Below, piece after piece: positions 24,750 to 39,545 of a stretch of 64,000 bases of DNA; the stretch's first letter is position 1; each line of letters begins with the position of its first letter. The position numbers and the translations under genes are program-made. The notes below the pieces were generated by a model that worked only from the letters and a program-made list of their open reading frames with translations, was not told the DNA's origin and did not search any database. The DNA is from Octopus vulgaris (Eukaryota). The stretch is taken from positions 35,216,001 to 35,280,000 of the forward strand of contig OX597814.1 in assembly GCA_951406725.2 (NCBI GenBank), given 5' to 3'.

Positions 24750-26900
24750 ATGTGCTCATGGAAACAACTCGCCAGTTATAAAGAAAATTGACTCTCGACG
24801 AACACAAACTGCTCACCAGAGTGGAATAATAACAGCCAACATTGAAGGAAAATTATGAGAATCGACGAAGAAAATAGAAAACAAAAATTAGTAAACATGT
24901 ATCAATGATAGTATAATTTTGTAGCTTCAGATCAACATTCATCTCCACAAATTACCTATGACCCTCAAAGAAATTGTTTCAACAGTAACAAATGTAGCCA
25001 ACAGCAGGCTGAATAATTTAATACATTCACAGATCTTGCAGTACTGTTAGATATTTGTTTGATGCTAATAGGAAGAGATTTTTCTTAAACCACGTACACT
25101 AGAGAGAAAAAAACAGTGGAAAGAAGATATATAAACGTGATAAAAATACGATAGACTTAATGAAGTAGGAAGGGAGAGTCTAATATGGAAAACAGAAACA
25201 CAAACAAACTTCAGGTTAAGAAAATATAACATAGAAAAAAATGATATACAGGAAGTTAAATAAAAACTTAATGAAACCATCTTAGCAAAGTCATGCCGTA
25301 AAAGGCGCTTCGTGAGAACATTTTTCATGATAATAAAATATTCTCAACAAATTCTAGAAGTTTCTAAAGAGATCAACAACAAAAAATTATTGAGATACCA
25401 ACATCTTCAGAAATCAAATCATATTTCAAACATATTTTAAAGAAAATATGAAATGAAGAAATTTCTTCATATTCAAGGAATACAGGATATTAGTTTGGGG
25501 AAAATGTAAAGAATGTAAGCATCATTCGTGCACAGCCCTATATGTCTATCGTAAAGTTAACGAATACAGTAAAAGCAGCTAGTACCTGGAAACCTTCCTG
25601 ACTCGAAGTCCTTAACTTTTAAAAGGTGTATGTAAACAGTATTCTTTAATAAGTGGCAAAACATTTAATACATTGCCAGAAGACAATATTAATCCTGAAA
25701 ATTAAAACATCCATAACTCTAAGACAAATAGCCAGTTTATTCAACCTTTATATACATTGCCATTAGCGTTCTGGTTGTTAACTTGGAAGTATTAACAGCA
25801 TAACAGATGAATATAAATTGTATCGTAAAGGGGTATATGAGAGTTGACAGTTATTTACCAACCAGGCAATTATTGAACAGAATATGAAGAAAAAGAAAAT
25901 CCTGAGCACACCTTGGATTCATAACCGACAAGTATTTTGCAGCATAAATCCTTTTACCAATTTTGATAAGAATATAGGGAGGATGTCATTAAGAGAAGAA
26001 AAGAATTACATCACTGCAAGCCAGGAAGATGGGGACAAAATTTAGCCCTATTGTCATAAGATGGAAAAATTCTCACTCTGACTACACTTGAGTATTTTTT
26101 TGAAATTACAAATTTCCTGGGTAAAAACCTCCGTTTGCACATTTCGAACCCATCTACAACGAAGCCATTATAAATAAGATATATCTTCTAGCATACGATG
26201 GAAGGCGCTTTGTACATTAGAGAATAGAGAAAAAAAAGAACAACAAAAATACTTTAAAGCAAGTGTCAGTGATTAATTTAATAAGGAAACATTTTGAGAA
26301 CAAAACCAAAATACGCTGAAGACAAACGTCTTAAATGAGAACAAAGCAACAAAAAATCTGAAAAATACGTAAAATATAATAAAAGACTGAAACTAAAAAT
26401 TTACCAAAGACAAAAAGAGAAAGGCTTCTCCCCTGGCAATATTCTAGACAGTGCAGAAATATATAAGATGAGCTCAAAACACTAGATGAAATGCAGAAAC
26501 CAAAGATTTGATTTTAGCTACTCAATATCAATTCCCATCCGCAAATAACTATAAAAAATGAAATAAATATACAATCATCGCAGAGAAATAAATGATTATA
26601 TATCATTTCTGATCGACAGACATTACTAAGTCAGAATATAACCATATACCAGGTATATTTATTCAGTAATTTGTTGATACAAATGGAATAAACCTGTATC
26701 AAACCCGCCTTTTAATATGGAAGGTTGATATATGTACTTTGCTGGTCCAGATTGAAAAGTTTATTAAAGTGAACCACCACCCAAATTAGGGACACGGACT
26801 CCAGTTACTCTTGAAAGATACTCAACTGAAACACGAAAAGCTATAACTCTACAGTTATTAACAGGTCTAGACGTTCCTGTTTAGCGATATTTTGTTGATT
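24750..26900 (+). mobile_element. Probable highly decayed LINE (CR1/L2-like)
   Basis: A-rich, strand-biased 2-kb tract. A remnant near 26725-26780 resembles D..Y.DF.KAFDKV.H. No open frame. Confidence 0.3.
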
Positions 26901-28764
26901 TCTTGAGGTGTGATAACTCCAAAACACGGCTAGGGTCGTCACCTACTTCTAAAGATTGGACACACTCACCATTACATCTCATATTTTTCGGTTATGCTCC
27001 TCTGCCATTTTTATCGGAATTAATCATATAATTGATTATTTTTCTCTTAGCTAAACAAAGTAATTTTAATTAATTAAATTTTGTTGCCCTACTACGTCAA
27101 ATATTCTAAATACCTACTTTATAATTAAGTTTCCATGCAGCTAGTGTCTGGTTAATTTTCTCAGCTATTCTTTCAAATTATTACAACGAATAGTTTGTAT
27201 TTACATAATCTCATATGTAACTCAAGTAGATGCATTATACAACCACCTTTCCATTACACTAGAATGACAACATCATGTATACACCCTGGACATTAGTGTA
27301 CTAAAACCTATTCTCGTATATTTTCGGTTTTGTACTCAAACCCGAAAACACTATATTATGTATACGTATAAAAAGTTTTTAAAATATCGTACAATTTAGC
27401 AATATCATGTTATCTTTTATTGCAGCTGTAATTGTACTCCAATGTTCTTGCTGGGCTGAACATTAGTACTTTTTAATTATTTTACAGATATGGTTACCTA
27501 AATGACTAATTCTTGAAAAATATAGATATACGCACTAATATATACAAGACGACGTATACGTGCAGGCGTAGAGGAACGCTTTAAATGTTTTAAAAAAGTT
27601 TTCTTATATATTTATGTCGACTCCTCCAGCCTAAGTCAGTAACTGCTTCATTTATGCCATTATCACTAAAAGAAATACCTTTTATTCAACATAGCATTAG
27701 TCAAACTTGATTTAATAAAATTATATTTGAAACCTCATGGAATTTCGCTAACAACGTCGTGGCTGCAAGTAATAACAACGCCACCGACTAAAACAGTAAA
27801 CAGCATCACTAAACGCGCTGAGAAGACGTAAGTACTTCTTTCATCTTAGTTGAGCGCTACACTTAAACCAAGATCTACTTCGATACTAGTAAAATGCCAG
27901 TGATGGCCCTTCTATTGAATAAATGAAGCAGCTAAAAATATATTGGGCTGAAGCTTACTCCAACTTAAGTACCTTTACTGTGAAACCACTTCGGCAACAA
28001 ACATCTTGCCATTTAAAAAAAATGGCTTGCTTTTGCGATGCAAATCGATCTACTCAAAGCTTGCTAGATAGAAGCTCGAAAATAATGTAAACTTCTGCTT
28101 GAAAATAATGTAAACTTGCGCAAGACAAAATATACCCACAATTTTCAAATGCATTCCTTGCATATCTGGTCTTATATCAAATTGAGCTTCTCTTAGAAAC
28201 ATGCTTTAACAAAAGCTGAGAGGTCTCTCACATCCAGTGGTCTTCCAGTACGTCAGGATTTCTGAGGACACACACTCTGTATACATACACTCGCGCGCGC
28301 ACACAAATACACACATGGCAGAGAGTCCACAACTCCATTCCGACTATTTCAAAAGGTTAGTGCAGCGATGGTTATCCCGGCACAAAATCTATTCTTTGCA
28401 AAATTAACGATCATCATCTTGCTCTATTACTGTTGCAAAAACCATGTAACTGAATATTCTTATATGGCTTTATAATTAATGAAACCCGTGAGTGGATGTT
28501 GTATCGCAATACTACAGAGTGGTTTTGTGAGCTACGAAATCCTCGTCGCTACTGTTATATCGCATGTTCGGATGACCTCTACTCAACTCCTCGACGTCTA
28601 GAGTTCTCCGTCTATATCTACGTATTGGACTTCAACACAACAGTGGAACAACTAATTTTCTATTTTAATCTTCCAATGTTAGCTTATTTTTTCAATGACT
28701 TAAATTGCCAACTGAGCGAATCCTTCCAGTATTGTATTTTAATATTACTAATTACATTAAATTA

Positions 28765-28980
28765 AGGCGGCAATCTGACAGAATCGTTAACTCGCCGGGG
28801 CAAAATGCTTAGCAGTATTTTGTATGTCTCTATTTTTCTAAGTTCAAATACTGCCGAGGTCGACTTTGCTTTTCATCTTTTCGGGGTCGATAAGTAATTA
28901 CCAGTTGAGCACTGGGGTCATTGTATTCGACTAGCTCTTTTCACTGAAATTACTGGCCTTGTGCAAAAATCTGAAACTAA
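28765..28980 (+). mobile_element. SINE family C
   Basis: GGCGGC..CTGACAGAATCGTTA...GAGGTCGACTTTGC.TTTCATC.TTTCGGGGTCGATA. Confidence 0.88.
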
Positions 28981-29369
28981 TATTACCATCTATAGTTTCC
29001 AATGTTCATGTTTTATGACACTATTTTCTGCATCACCATCATCACTTTCGTTCCTACACAACCACCACCTCCACCCTCACCCTCACCCCCATCGTCGTCG
29101 TTGTCCTCCTCCTCCTTTCTCCTTATCGTCGTGTACATCATCATCAAAATCATTATCCCCGTATTCGACCAAATCTTCATTTTTAATCGTGTTAATGCGC
29201 AAAATGTGAGATTTGAAATTCATTTACGTAATATAATTCATAATGAAATGCTATCATTTGTAAGACTTATCTTAAAATCTGTTCGAAGGTCACTTTCGAT
29301 AAACGACAATCTTTGCTAAACAATAAAATCAAATTCTCCATTTTCTATTTTCGAGCAGGCAGAAAATGT

Positions 29370-30560
29370 TATGATTTCTAAGCACACTATACAATCGCAA
29401 AGGGTTGTCATTCAAAATTTGAGTATCCTGCTTAAGCCGTGATTAAGGATCTTGTGAAAGTAATTCCGATCTAGCCCTTTGATTTCCGTCAATAGTAAAG
29501 GTGCTCTCTTTTGTGACATCTTAACGCTAGACTATTGGCTTTGCTACTACTGTCAAGATTATATGTTTAAGTGCCTTCATGTTCTTGGAATTTCCATGAC
29601 AGAGGAAATCACGCTTACGAAGTAATGTAAACAGCGATATGTGATCTAATTAATATTCAATATATTTCCCATATAACTGATAAATCCCAGAACAATTGAA
29701 ATACTTATTATTCTAAGGTGGTTTTACAAACATAATTCTTGCTACAAACCGAGGATTTGATGATATAACCTCCATTTTCTCTCTATATCACGAAGGAATA
29801 AAATAATCAGTCTATAACACAGATTTAGCTCCATTGATCGCTAAAACTAAATATTACAGCCCTTTTGTGATCTTATATATCTTGATCTGTAGACTTTCAA
29901 TAGTTTTAGCACCAATATATACATTATCCTGATAAATTACAATATTATCTATGCTATTTCTCGCATGTTCAGTCCCTCTTTGAAGCGTAGTTCAACCCTT
30001 TATTAAAACATTTGTGTGACACACACACAGTGGTGTATTTATCACAGTAACTTCATTTCATTCAGAACACATTTCAATCTGATTACATGCGTCTTTTAAA
30101 TCCAGTTTAGTAAATAATTCAACCCGGAATGGGAATGAATTATCGATTCACTATTGGATTTGGATAAGAACCTCAACAAATTCTTTCCTTTACACCTAAT
30201 TTATAGTCACCACCTACCCACCACATCTCCATCTGCTTTTTGCACAACCACTGAAGGAGCGCTATCGTGAGAAACTTCCAAATGACTTCCATTAATTAGT
30301 TTTCACAGCTTCGTGGTGACTAATGGTTTAATGTGCATTGCTAATGGGCTTGCCTTGAAATAAGATGGCCTAGTATTTCATTTGAGAAGAATGCTGGCAT
30401 TAAACCCTCTTAATCTTCCAAAATTTCCTGGAGCTTCAATCTCATGAATTAATGTTGAACTATCAACATTCATCACGTCCACACCAAGCAAGCAAGCCAT
30501 GATTTCTTTACATGCACTAACAATGACACCCATAACTTTTATGCTCTTATCAGTTTCAAT
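29370..30560 (-). mobile_element. Decayed Ty3/Gypsy LTR-retrotransposon pol (protease end, RT, RNase H)
   Basis: Minus strand: LLGVD...FGRLRG...YFKASPL...VVVQKADG..GDYK...ELFTKLDLKDA..Q....TVINT...FLGFISY. Many stops; no LTRs recognised. Confidence 0.72.
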
Positions 30561-31959
30561 TAATGCATCAAGCTTCAACAAAATTTCAGTGAAATTAAAC
30601 TTTCGTAATTTTAGTTTATTCAAATCAGTCAAAAAGGTCTGATATATCTGATATATTACAGAATGTGACTGTGACTGTCATCATGGATTTTAACGTTAAC
30701 ATTGTTGAGTTTTTCGTTGATCATTGCAGCATTTTTATACCGTTTTCATGAATATTTGTGAATCTTCATTATCACTTTCTTCAATTTCCTCACACGATTT
30801 TTTTTTTTTTATTTACATATTGCTTGGAAATGAATATTTTTCTACATTCTATGCACGTTTTAGTAACTGCATGACATTTTGTGGGTGTATGTTTATATCT
30901 GGATAAGAACACCTGAGAACTAGATTTATACTTGTTTCTGTGAACATGAGGCACTTGTCACATGTTTATATGATTTGTAACATAATGAATGTTTTTTCAT
31001 TGCCGGTTCTTTAGAAATACCCTAAAGATCACCGGGCGTGATCACATCAAACACAATGAAATCATGAGAGGAACTGTTGTAAGTATAGTGCAAGGCACCA
31101 ACACAGAGAGACGAAGTCGTCTGGCCACATATTAAGTTTAAAGTTGGAGAGGCCGGCAAGGACAACTGAAGACTGTGCTGGTAAATTTGACTGAGATGGT
31201 TGTAACCTTGGAAGAAGGGTACAGTTTGGCTCACACTGGGGTTTGGAGAGCTCTCATCGCCCAACGCTCTTTCAACAAACGGAGATAACATCATCAGTTC
31301 TGGTAGCATGAATAAATCAAGTCAACTTACGTTTTGATTTTAGTTAGCTGAAATTTAGAGAAAACTTTCACCTTGCTAAATGAATCGAATGCATACATTA
31401 AACACCTTGTCACCAGGATGAAAGTATTCTAATACTTTTATACAGTGCAGTGACGATTTTTTGTTATCATCAATGAGCCTAATCCGATTCTTCGTCAGTA
31501 TTACGGGTATTTATTTTCGGCAGATTTTACTACAGCAATGTAAATTAGAGGGCCTTCAGCGAGAAAGAAAAACTAGACGATAAACATTCCTGAAGATCTA
31601 GTTAAGTGCTATCTACCCTTGCTGAAATTCAGTTTGATATCTTTTACACATATTCCGATATCAGATATGTTTGAATTACATACCAGGAATATTTTGACAA
31701 AAATGTGTTCAATACCCTTTCGGGTCCTAGTGACAACTATCCAGATCATATACGCTATATTCTCTTAAAAATCTCCCCTTATATTCATCCTGTGAAATTA
31801 TCTAACAGGGTTCTGAAATAACATTGATATACTGTGCAGTCATCTGGGATAGTTCAAGATTCTTCAATTCAGAACAGTTTTCTTTTCATGGCGTAACTAT
31901 TACAACTTAAAATTCCCAGTAACAAATGTGTAATATGTTCTCTTCTGTTTTAAGTATTT

Positions 31960-32692
31960 AAATTCTTTCTGCGAGGAAAAAGCTGGCTTCTAACAAAGAT
32001 ACAAAGCCCCATCGTTGGAATGTGGATAACAAAAAAACCCCAACAAAACACAATGTCACATTTTAAGCTTGAGAAAAGACTTGCATATTTTTACGGTTCC
32101 ACTTACACATTATGTTTGCAACGTGTTTGTTATTTCGTAGATTTCTTTCACTAAAAATCCAAGCTTATCCAGATTGTCAGTTAGGCATCTGGTCACAAAG
32201 CCAAGTGCAGCAATCATTATTGGTATAAATGTGAATTTATGATCTGGTTATAGAAGCTGGAGTTTTCGAAGCAGCTGTCCATAATTTTCCTCCTTTGATT
32301 TTCAAAGAGATATTCACAACAGCAGGACAGCTGACCTTTATGACGGTACATACGTTTACTTGCCTGTCCCAAACAACAATATCTGGCATGTTATGTTCAC
32401 ACTTTACATAGGTTTAGATGCGAATATTCCACCAGTATGAGTTGTGTTGATATTTGTGTACTATCCAATTATAGGGAGATTTTCTATATTTATTCCAGGA
32501 CCGTCTTTTTTCCACATGGCATTGTATATTGTATTTGTGATAACATTGTGTCGCATAGTGATGAAGTAGCTTGATAACATAACTTAGGCCAGCAGCTAAT
32601 CACGTGTGATATCTTCCACAGAAATATGACATAATCTACATTTTCCGTTGTATATTGGAACTCCAAGGACTTCACTGTCTCTTGTTTATTAG
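31960..32692 (-). mobile_element. 3' fragment of a second RLE-type (R4/Dong-like) non-LTR retrotransposon
   Basis: Minus strand: KCRLCHISVEDI.HVISC..RHNV...YWWNI...HNMPDIVVWD..VIKVSCP...IAALGFV..L..LGF...SGTVKICKSFLK*. This is a CCHC knuckle plus PD-(D/E)xK nuclease. Confidence 0.82.
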
Positions 32693-32791
32693 GTATGTAT
32701 ATTTGCCTGTCTGTCCGTCCGTCTGTAGGTACGTAGTACGTATGTATATATTTATGTGTGCGTGTATGCACTTATATACACATGCCCTTTG

Positions 32792-33112
32792 CCTTTTACT
32801 TGTTTCAGTTACTGAACTACGGTCATGTTGGGGCACTGACTTGAAGGTTTCTATACAAACGAATGGACACAATACTTATTTTTTAAAGCCTGGTGCTTAT
32901 TCTAACGGCCAGTTTTGCCGAATCACAGAGACGTAAATAAGCCAACAATTTGTCAAGTGCTTGCGGGATACGAGCACAAATGCAGACACATACACACAGG
33001 TTTTAATCTATACAGAGCCATAGTATAAGACACTTTCTTAGGTGCCACGCAATGGGACTGAACCAGGAACTATGTGGTTAAGATACAAACCTCTTACCAC
33101 GCAGCCACTCCT
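32792..33112 (-). mobile_element. SINE family A, diverged and internally deleted
   Basis: Shares head and tail with 14160-14570. Confidence 0.8.
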
Positions 33113-33283
33113 ATGATATTATTTGGTGTTGATTAACAATTTAAAACATATATATAATTCTATATGTCTTATGCGCATTTTTGTGAAATCTAGTTAAAAC
33201 TAGGTCCATTTCTCGTCTACTTTTAAGATTCAATTATCAACTTCTACGCTAAGCAACCATGTATTTTTTTTTTCACATTTAGT

Positions 33284-33665
33284 GTGGAAGCATTTCATCG
33301 GTTACAACGACGAGGGTTCCGGTTGATCCGATCAACGGAACAACCTGCTCGTGAAATTAACGTGTAAGTGGCTGAGCACTCCACAGACACGTGTACCCTT
33401 AACGTAGTTCTCGGGGATATTCAGCGTGACACAGTGAGTGACAAGGCCGGCACTTTGAAATACTGGTACAACAGAAACAGGAAGTAAGAGTGAGTGAAAG
33501 TTGTGGTGAAAGAGTACAGCAGGGATCACCACCATCCCTGCCGGAGCCTCGTGGAGCTTTAGGTGTTTTCGCTCAATAAACACTCACAACGCCCGGTCTG
33601 GGAATCGAAACCGCGATCCTACGACCGCGAGTCCGCTGCCCTAACCACTGGGCCATTGCGCCTCC
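33284..33665 (-). mobile_element. SINE family B, 3' variant 2, full length with TSD
   Basis: Same head as 5609-5973; flanked by ACATTTAGT (33275-33283, 33666-33674). Confidence 0.93.
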
Positions 33666-34228
33666 ACATTTAGTAACAATGCCACAAACAACTTCTATAT
33701 TCGTACTAGTTTACATCTATGCGTCAAACTTGCCCGAAATATCAATGGCTGATCTATCAAATTATTTTAGCTTGAAATTACAGTTTCTTAATTTTAGTTT
33801 TTCCAAAGCCATCCAGATGTTCTGATATATCACAGTTAACAGACTGCTAGTGTCAGCTTCTTCTTTGCTTTAACGATGTTGTATTTAACTTTGACTTTTG
33901 AAGTATTTTAGGCCAATTCCATAAATGTTTGCATTTAAATTTCTTTATTTCGAATTCCTAATCGGATTTGAGTGTTTTATTTTGGTTGCAGAGGCAGAAT
34001 TTATTTTCATTATATCCTTTGTTGATTAACTCAGTTTTTGTGTGTAGAATGTCTGTTATTTCAATTAAAACTTGTAATTTCTTCTCGTTGCAGATACTAC
34101 TGAAAGTATTTGCGTTAATGAATATACATCCTATTGTAAGCTGCGCTGGATTATGAGCTTTTAAATAGGAATCTCTCTGTGTTGTGATGCACAGCTATAC
34201 ACACACACATGTATATGTATGTATAAAT

Positions 34229-34275
<47 letters not shown>

Positions 34276-34496
34276 CACACACACATACATACACAAACAC
34301 ACACAACCACAACTGAATTTAAAACGTATATCCTTTCAGAGCGATACATTCTTAGCATGGCCATAGTTGAATTACTGAAACAGGTTAAACCACAAACAGA
34401 TGCTCTACTCATAATAACCAACTGAATTTACAGAAGTGTCTTGCGTCCTGGGCAAAAGAATAAAATTGCCCACGCATGGAGAAATTGCTAGCATTC

Positions 34497-34541
<45 letters not shown>

Positions 34542-35755
34542 CAACCTAACATGAATGCCTGCCGTCATGTATCTATCTATATATCCATGTATGTATGTAT
34601 GTACGAATGTATGTACATACCCACCATTCCTAGACGCTCCACCTACCGCACAGGATATCCTTCAAGATACGTATTTTCACGTTTGTTCCTTGGGAAACAC
34701 TTCACACACCAGTTCTTGCACACACATACACACACACACACACTTGCCGCAAAAATAATTAATTGTTCTTTACCATCCTTAGGACACTCGATTCAATATT
34801 CTCGGACCTTTCACTAGTGCTCTGCGCTCTTTAAATAACTTTTATCTCGCAAAACTCCTATAATTTTTTAGATTTTACCAATAAGTTGTAATTATTTTTC
34901 CCTGACTTCTCTGCTCCCGCAGAAATTGAATCTTTTCTCTCACTTTCTTTTCTTGTAGTTCAGACTCTTCACATTTCTCTTGCCTTCCCTTATGCCTCAC
35001 TCTTGCGTCCATTCTTACATTTTTTGTACATTCATGCTTTCTTCACACACTATGATTATACACAAACCAATATCTTATACCCCCTACTAACCTTTACCAT
35101 TAAACTTCCATACTTGCACGCTTCTATTCACAAACACAAACCCTAAAGAGTAACATACTTCATTCCCACACGGATACACACCTACACCTGAACATACACA
35201 CCAACCTTTCCTCCACTCTTACTTTCCCTATACAGCATTATTATTACCAGGCTTCACTTTCCACTTTTTCTCTTTTTTCTCACTATTTTTTCTCTTTCCT
35301 TCATGCTTTTCTCTTTCTTCTGATGAAGTTCTAGAGCAAGAAACGACTCTTTCTTTTCCTTTTAAAGCATTAACCTAACACTCTCTTTGTTAAAACCTGC
35401 CTCTCCTGTGTTGTCTTTGGTTTTCGTTCTTTTATTGCTCACTTCGTTAACCAGGACGCAAGGCACGTCAGCATTTTCACTTTGCCATTTTCAGTAGAGA
35501 CAGACAATATGGCACAGTTGCTGACGGCTAAAATTATAAATAATTATAACTAAAGCTAAGAATCCAAAGACGGAAGAATTATTACAGGAAAATATCCTAG
35601 GTTGGCCGTTTAACTGGAAAAATTGGCACACTGAAAAAATGGGTGATATATACGTTTGAAATATTCTTGACTTACCTATCCATTTCGTCCTGACATATTC
35701 GTTTTACTATTTCCTCGCATGGTCTATGCACGTGCATTAGTATAATTGCGAAAAA

Positions 35756-35804
<49 letters not shown>

Positions 35805-35963
35805 CATACACACACACACACGTATGTATGTATGTATGTATGTATGTATGTATGTATGTATGTATGTATGTATGTATGTATGTATGTGTGTATGTATGTA
35901 TGTATGTGTGTGTATGTGTCCGTGTATCTATGTATAAAAGCAAAATCGCTAGTAGTTGTACTA

Positions 35964-36044
35964 ACGAGTGATGTTCGTAGCCACTTCAACATGGCTGTCC
36001 GTTCGAAAGGGCAACCATGTTGAAGTGGCTATGAACATTACCCG

Positions 36045-36045
<1 letters not shown>
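35964..36045. repeat. Near-perfect 33-bp hairpin (MITE-like)
   Basis: 35968-36000 pairs with 36009-36041. Confidence 0.9.
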
Positions 36046-36107
<62 letters not shown>

Positions 36108-36579
36108 AGCAATTGAGATTCAGTTGAAATAGGTATTTAAGTTGAAGCACCAAGTCAGTTCCATATTATCTGCATAGCTCGAAGATGAATAAAATCAAAA
36201 TAAGCAACACGATTTCGAGAAGTGATGCAGTACGACCGTTTCAAGCCACTCCATTTAATACGTGTGTGTGTGTGTGTGTATGTGCGTTTGTGTGTGTGTC
36301 CGTGCGTGTGTTTAAGATAGGTCAGCAATTTGTGAGGAGTGTGTTGTTCAGTTATATAATATGTAAATGGTAAATTTGACCTCAACAGGATCGAAACTCA
36401 GAACATAAAGTGAATACGAAGAGACATTTTCATTCGACGTTACTATCGAGGCAAATATCACCTATTAAGCTGAAACAACCGTATATGTGTGCCTATTTGT
36501 GATGCGTATGCGATGCTTATATATTGATTTATATATTGATAAAAATGCGTTTTGCTCCTCTCTTTCTCTCTGTCTTGCG

Positions 36580-36614
<35 letters not shown>

Positions 36615-36735
36615 CATACATACATGCATACGTATATATTACATATATTTATGAACGTATGCATATTATATATATAGAGAGAGAGACAGACAGAGAGATA
36701 AACTGACAGATAGATAAATGTAGATATGTATATGT

Positions 36736-36801
<66 letters not shown>

Positions 36802-37457
36802 GCATTCATATATATTAACATGCATTTATATATTCTTTGAAGCTTTGATTTTCTTGTAGGCAAATCTGTAATGAACTGGTATGCTGTACAGCAGGAAGCG
36901 CAAAGGCTGATGTTACTACATTGGTGATTCTGTTAAATAAAAACACTATAAGATCCTGTAAACCGTGACACTTTCAATTAGTTCGAAAATGCAGGAAAAC
37001 AAAGTACAACAACAACAAAGCCAAACCCACAGGTATGACTTCAGTCATTCGTTGTTCATTGACTAAATTTACTGTCGAGATTGCTTAAATCTAATAGCGA
37101 CACACCTCACTACATATCGATTAGATAGAACACGATTTCTTTAAGTCTTCACTTGGTGCTACTATAATGTATTGATTCTACAATGTTATAACCCTCTCTC
37201 CTTCAGATTTGGTTGGGTTCTTTTGGTGTGACATTGGTGGAAAGAAATAGAAATACGGTGGAGAGCTGAAATGATACAGAGATACAATTTCTATTAAAGA
37301 AAAGTGAACCTTTTACTAGAGTATTTTATACATAAAAAAAGCTAGATATTCGGCAGAGGTTTAACATAGTTTTAGAAAGAGATAGCTTAGAATTTATGTA
37401 CTCAGGAATATATTCGCTGCTGTCTCTTTACTTACGAGACTATATATATATATATGT

Positions 37458-37516
<59 letters not shown>

Positions 37517-39106
37517 GAGAGAGAGGGAGAGAGAAAAAGAAAGAGAGAGATGGACAGACAGATTGATAGATATGTATGTGTGTATGTATTACTCAGTCAA
37601 TAAGTGTAGTTTTTGAAATTGGATGAAAGAGCAGCCCAGAGGAACTGATTAAATTTACTTCGAGCAGTGTTATAATAAAAAATTAGAATGACACTTAAAA
37701 GCAACCTATAGAGTAAAAGTTAATTAAGTTAAAGAAAGAAAACTATGTCGATTTGACCTTTCTGTAAGGTCAACAACAGAGAAGATATGAATAGAGATTG
37801 AGAGATACAGCGATTGTGATAAAGGAATACATTCTGAAAACGTGACTACGAGAAAGTGAGAGGTTATTAGTGGAAGGCGAATGATAGCTAAAACCCTCTA
37901 TGCTGTCGTTTATATGAACAAAATTATATACAACTAAAATCAGTTAGATCTTCTCTTAGCATATGTCTCCATACAGAAGATATAAATGAGATACAAAAGA
38001 TAATTTTCTGATGATTTTGTTATAAGTTTTCTTTAAGAAACTGAATAAATCTATTTTCTTCTTCAGAATTTTTTTCTTTGAAAAAGAGTGATGCTGCTTT
38101 TTTCATCAAAAAAGTAATGCTGTTTGTTGAGATGCGAATGTGCGATAAACATCTTTGCTTTGCCATATAATCCTATTTTCAAATCTGCGTTCAAATTTCA
38201 CCAGAGTAGACGTAAATACAAGTAGTATTCTCTTGTCACTACAATCAATTATGCATTTTCTCCTGTCTATATTTGCTATGTTTGTGCTTGTATTTTTTTT
38301 ATATTGGTTTCAGGCATTGAACAGCGGCTATACTGGGTCATCAACTTCAAATGGTTTCACTCGATTATATCGATCCATTAATTTATCTGTTGCTTATTTC
38401 ATTGATCTTGAAAGATACGAAATGTAATGGAGATATTAACCAAAGAAAAGATAACTCGGTCAGAGTAAACACAACACACTGCTTCCGTTCGAATGTACTG
38501 GTTTTTGTTTACACGACTCTGATATAAGCACATACATACATACACACACGCGCGCACGCACACACTCACACACACACAGACGCGCACATACACACACAAA
38601 CACCCTTACACACGCACACACGCTCACACCCGTAACCACAGCCACCTACCCACAGCCGCACTCACCCACCTCTATGAATTTTATGTATGTATATATACTT
38701 AGATATGTTTTATTTAAATAAAGCATATTACTCTACCTCTGGTATTTGAGTACTCTTTTTACCACCTTGTTTCACATTTATGTGCTTACTCCGGTATGTA
38801 GATAGATTGATAGATAAGAGGTAGATGTATGTATATGTGTGTCTATGTCTGTATATATATAAACAGTTTCTCTCCACCACCTCAGCTCGCAAGGCGGTGA
38901 TGGACTCGATACTATGATGGAAGACATACGAAGTAGTGCCACGCATTGCGATTAAGTCTAAATCTAGGTGGTTATTAGTCGCTCTTGCATATTCACCCAT
39001 TACCTATTTTTCCTATCTCGTTGTTTACATAGACGTGTTCGCTTAAAAACGTCGTAACTTGCAGTGCTGACTCTGAATTCTATAGAATTCTACAGAACAA
39101 GTATGA

Positions 39107-39340
39107 AGGCGGCGATCTGGCAGAAACGTTAGCACGCTGGGTGAAATGCTTAGCGTTAATTCGTCTGATGTTACGTTCTGAGTTTAAATTCCTCCGAGGT
39201 CGACTTTGCTTTTCATCCTTTCGGGGTAGATAAATTAAGTACCAGTTACGCACTGGGGTCGATGTAATCGATTTAATCCGTTTGTCTGTTCTTGTTTGTC
39301 CCCTCCATGCTTAGCTCCTTATGGGCAATAAAGAAATAAA
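39107..39340 (+). mobile_element. SINE family C with TSD
   Basis: AACAAGTAT at 39096-39104 and 39341-39349. Confidence 0.9.
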
Positions 39341-39498
39341 AACAAGTATAGACATAGAATTAAAAGTGAGGATATGAAAATGCTTGCATAAGGTAAGACA
39401 GTAATGAATTGGAAACTTGTAATATGTAGTACAATATCCTTGGTAGAATATTATGGTTACAAAACGGAAAGCTCCTCTCCTTGCCAGCAATTGATATA

Positions 39499-39510
39499 CG
39501 TGTCTGTGTG

Positions 39511-39545
<35 letters not shown>

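Noticed and set aside
28078-28117. 17-bp direct repeat GAAAATAATGTAAACTT
   Set aside because: Simple local slippage duplication, with no further copies.
31022-31309. 95-aa minus ORF in relatively GC-rich unique sequence
   Set aside because: No recognisable domain; length is within chance expectation.
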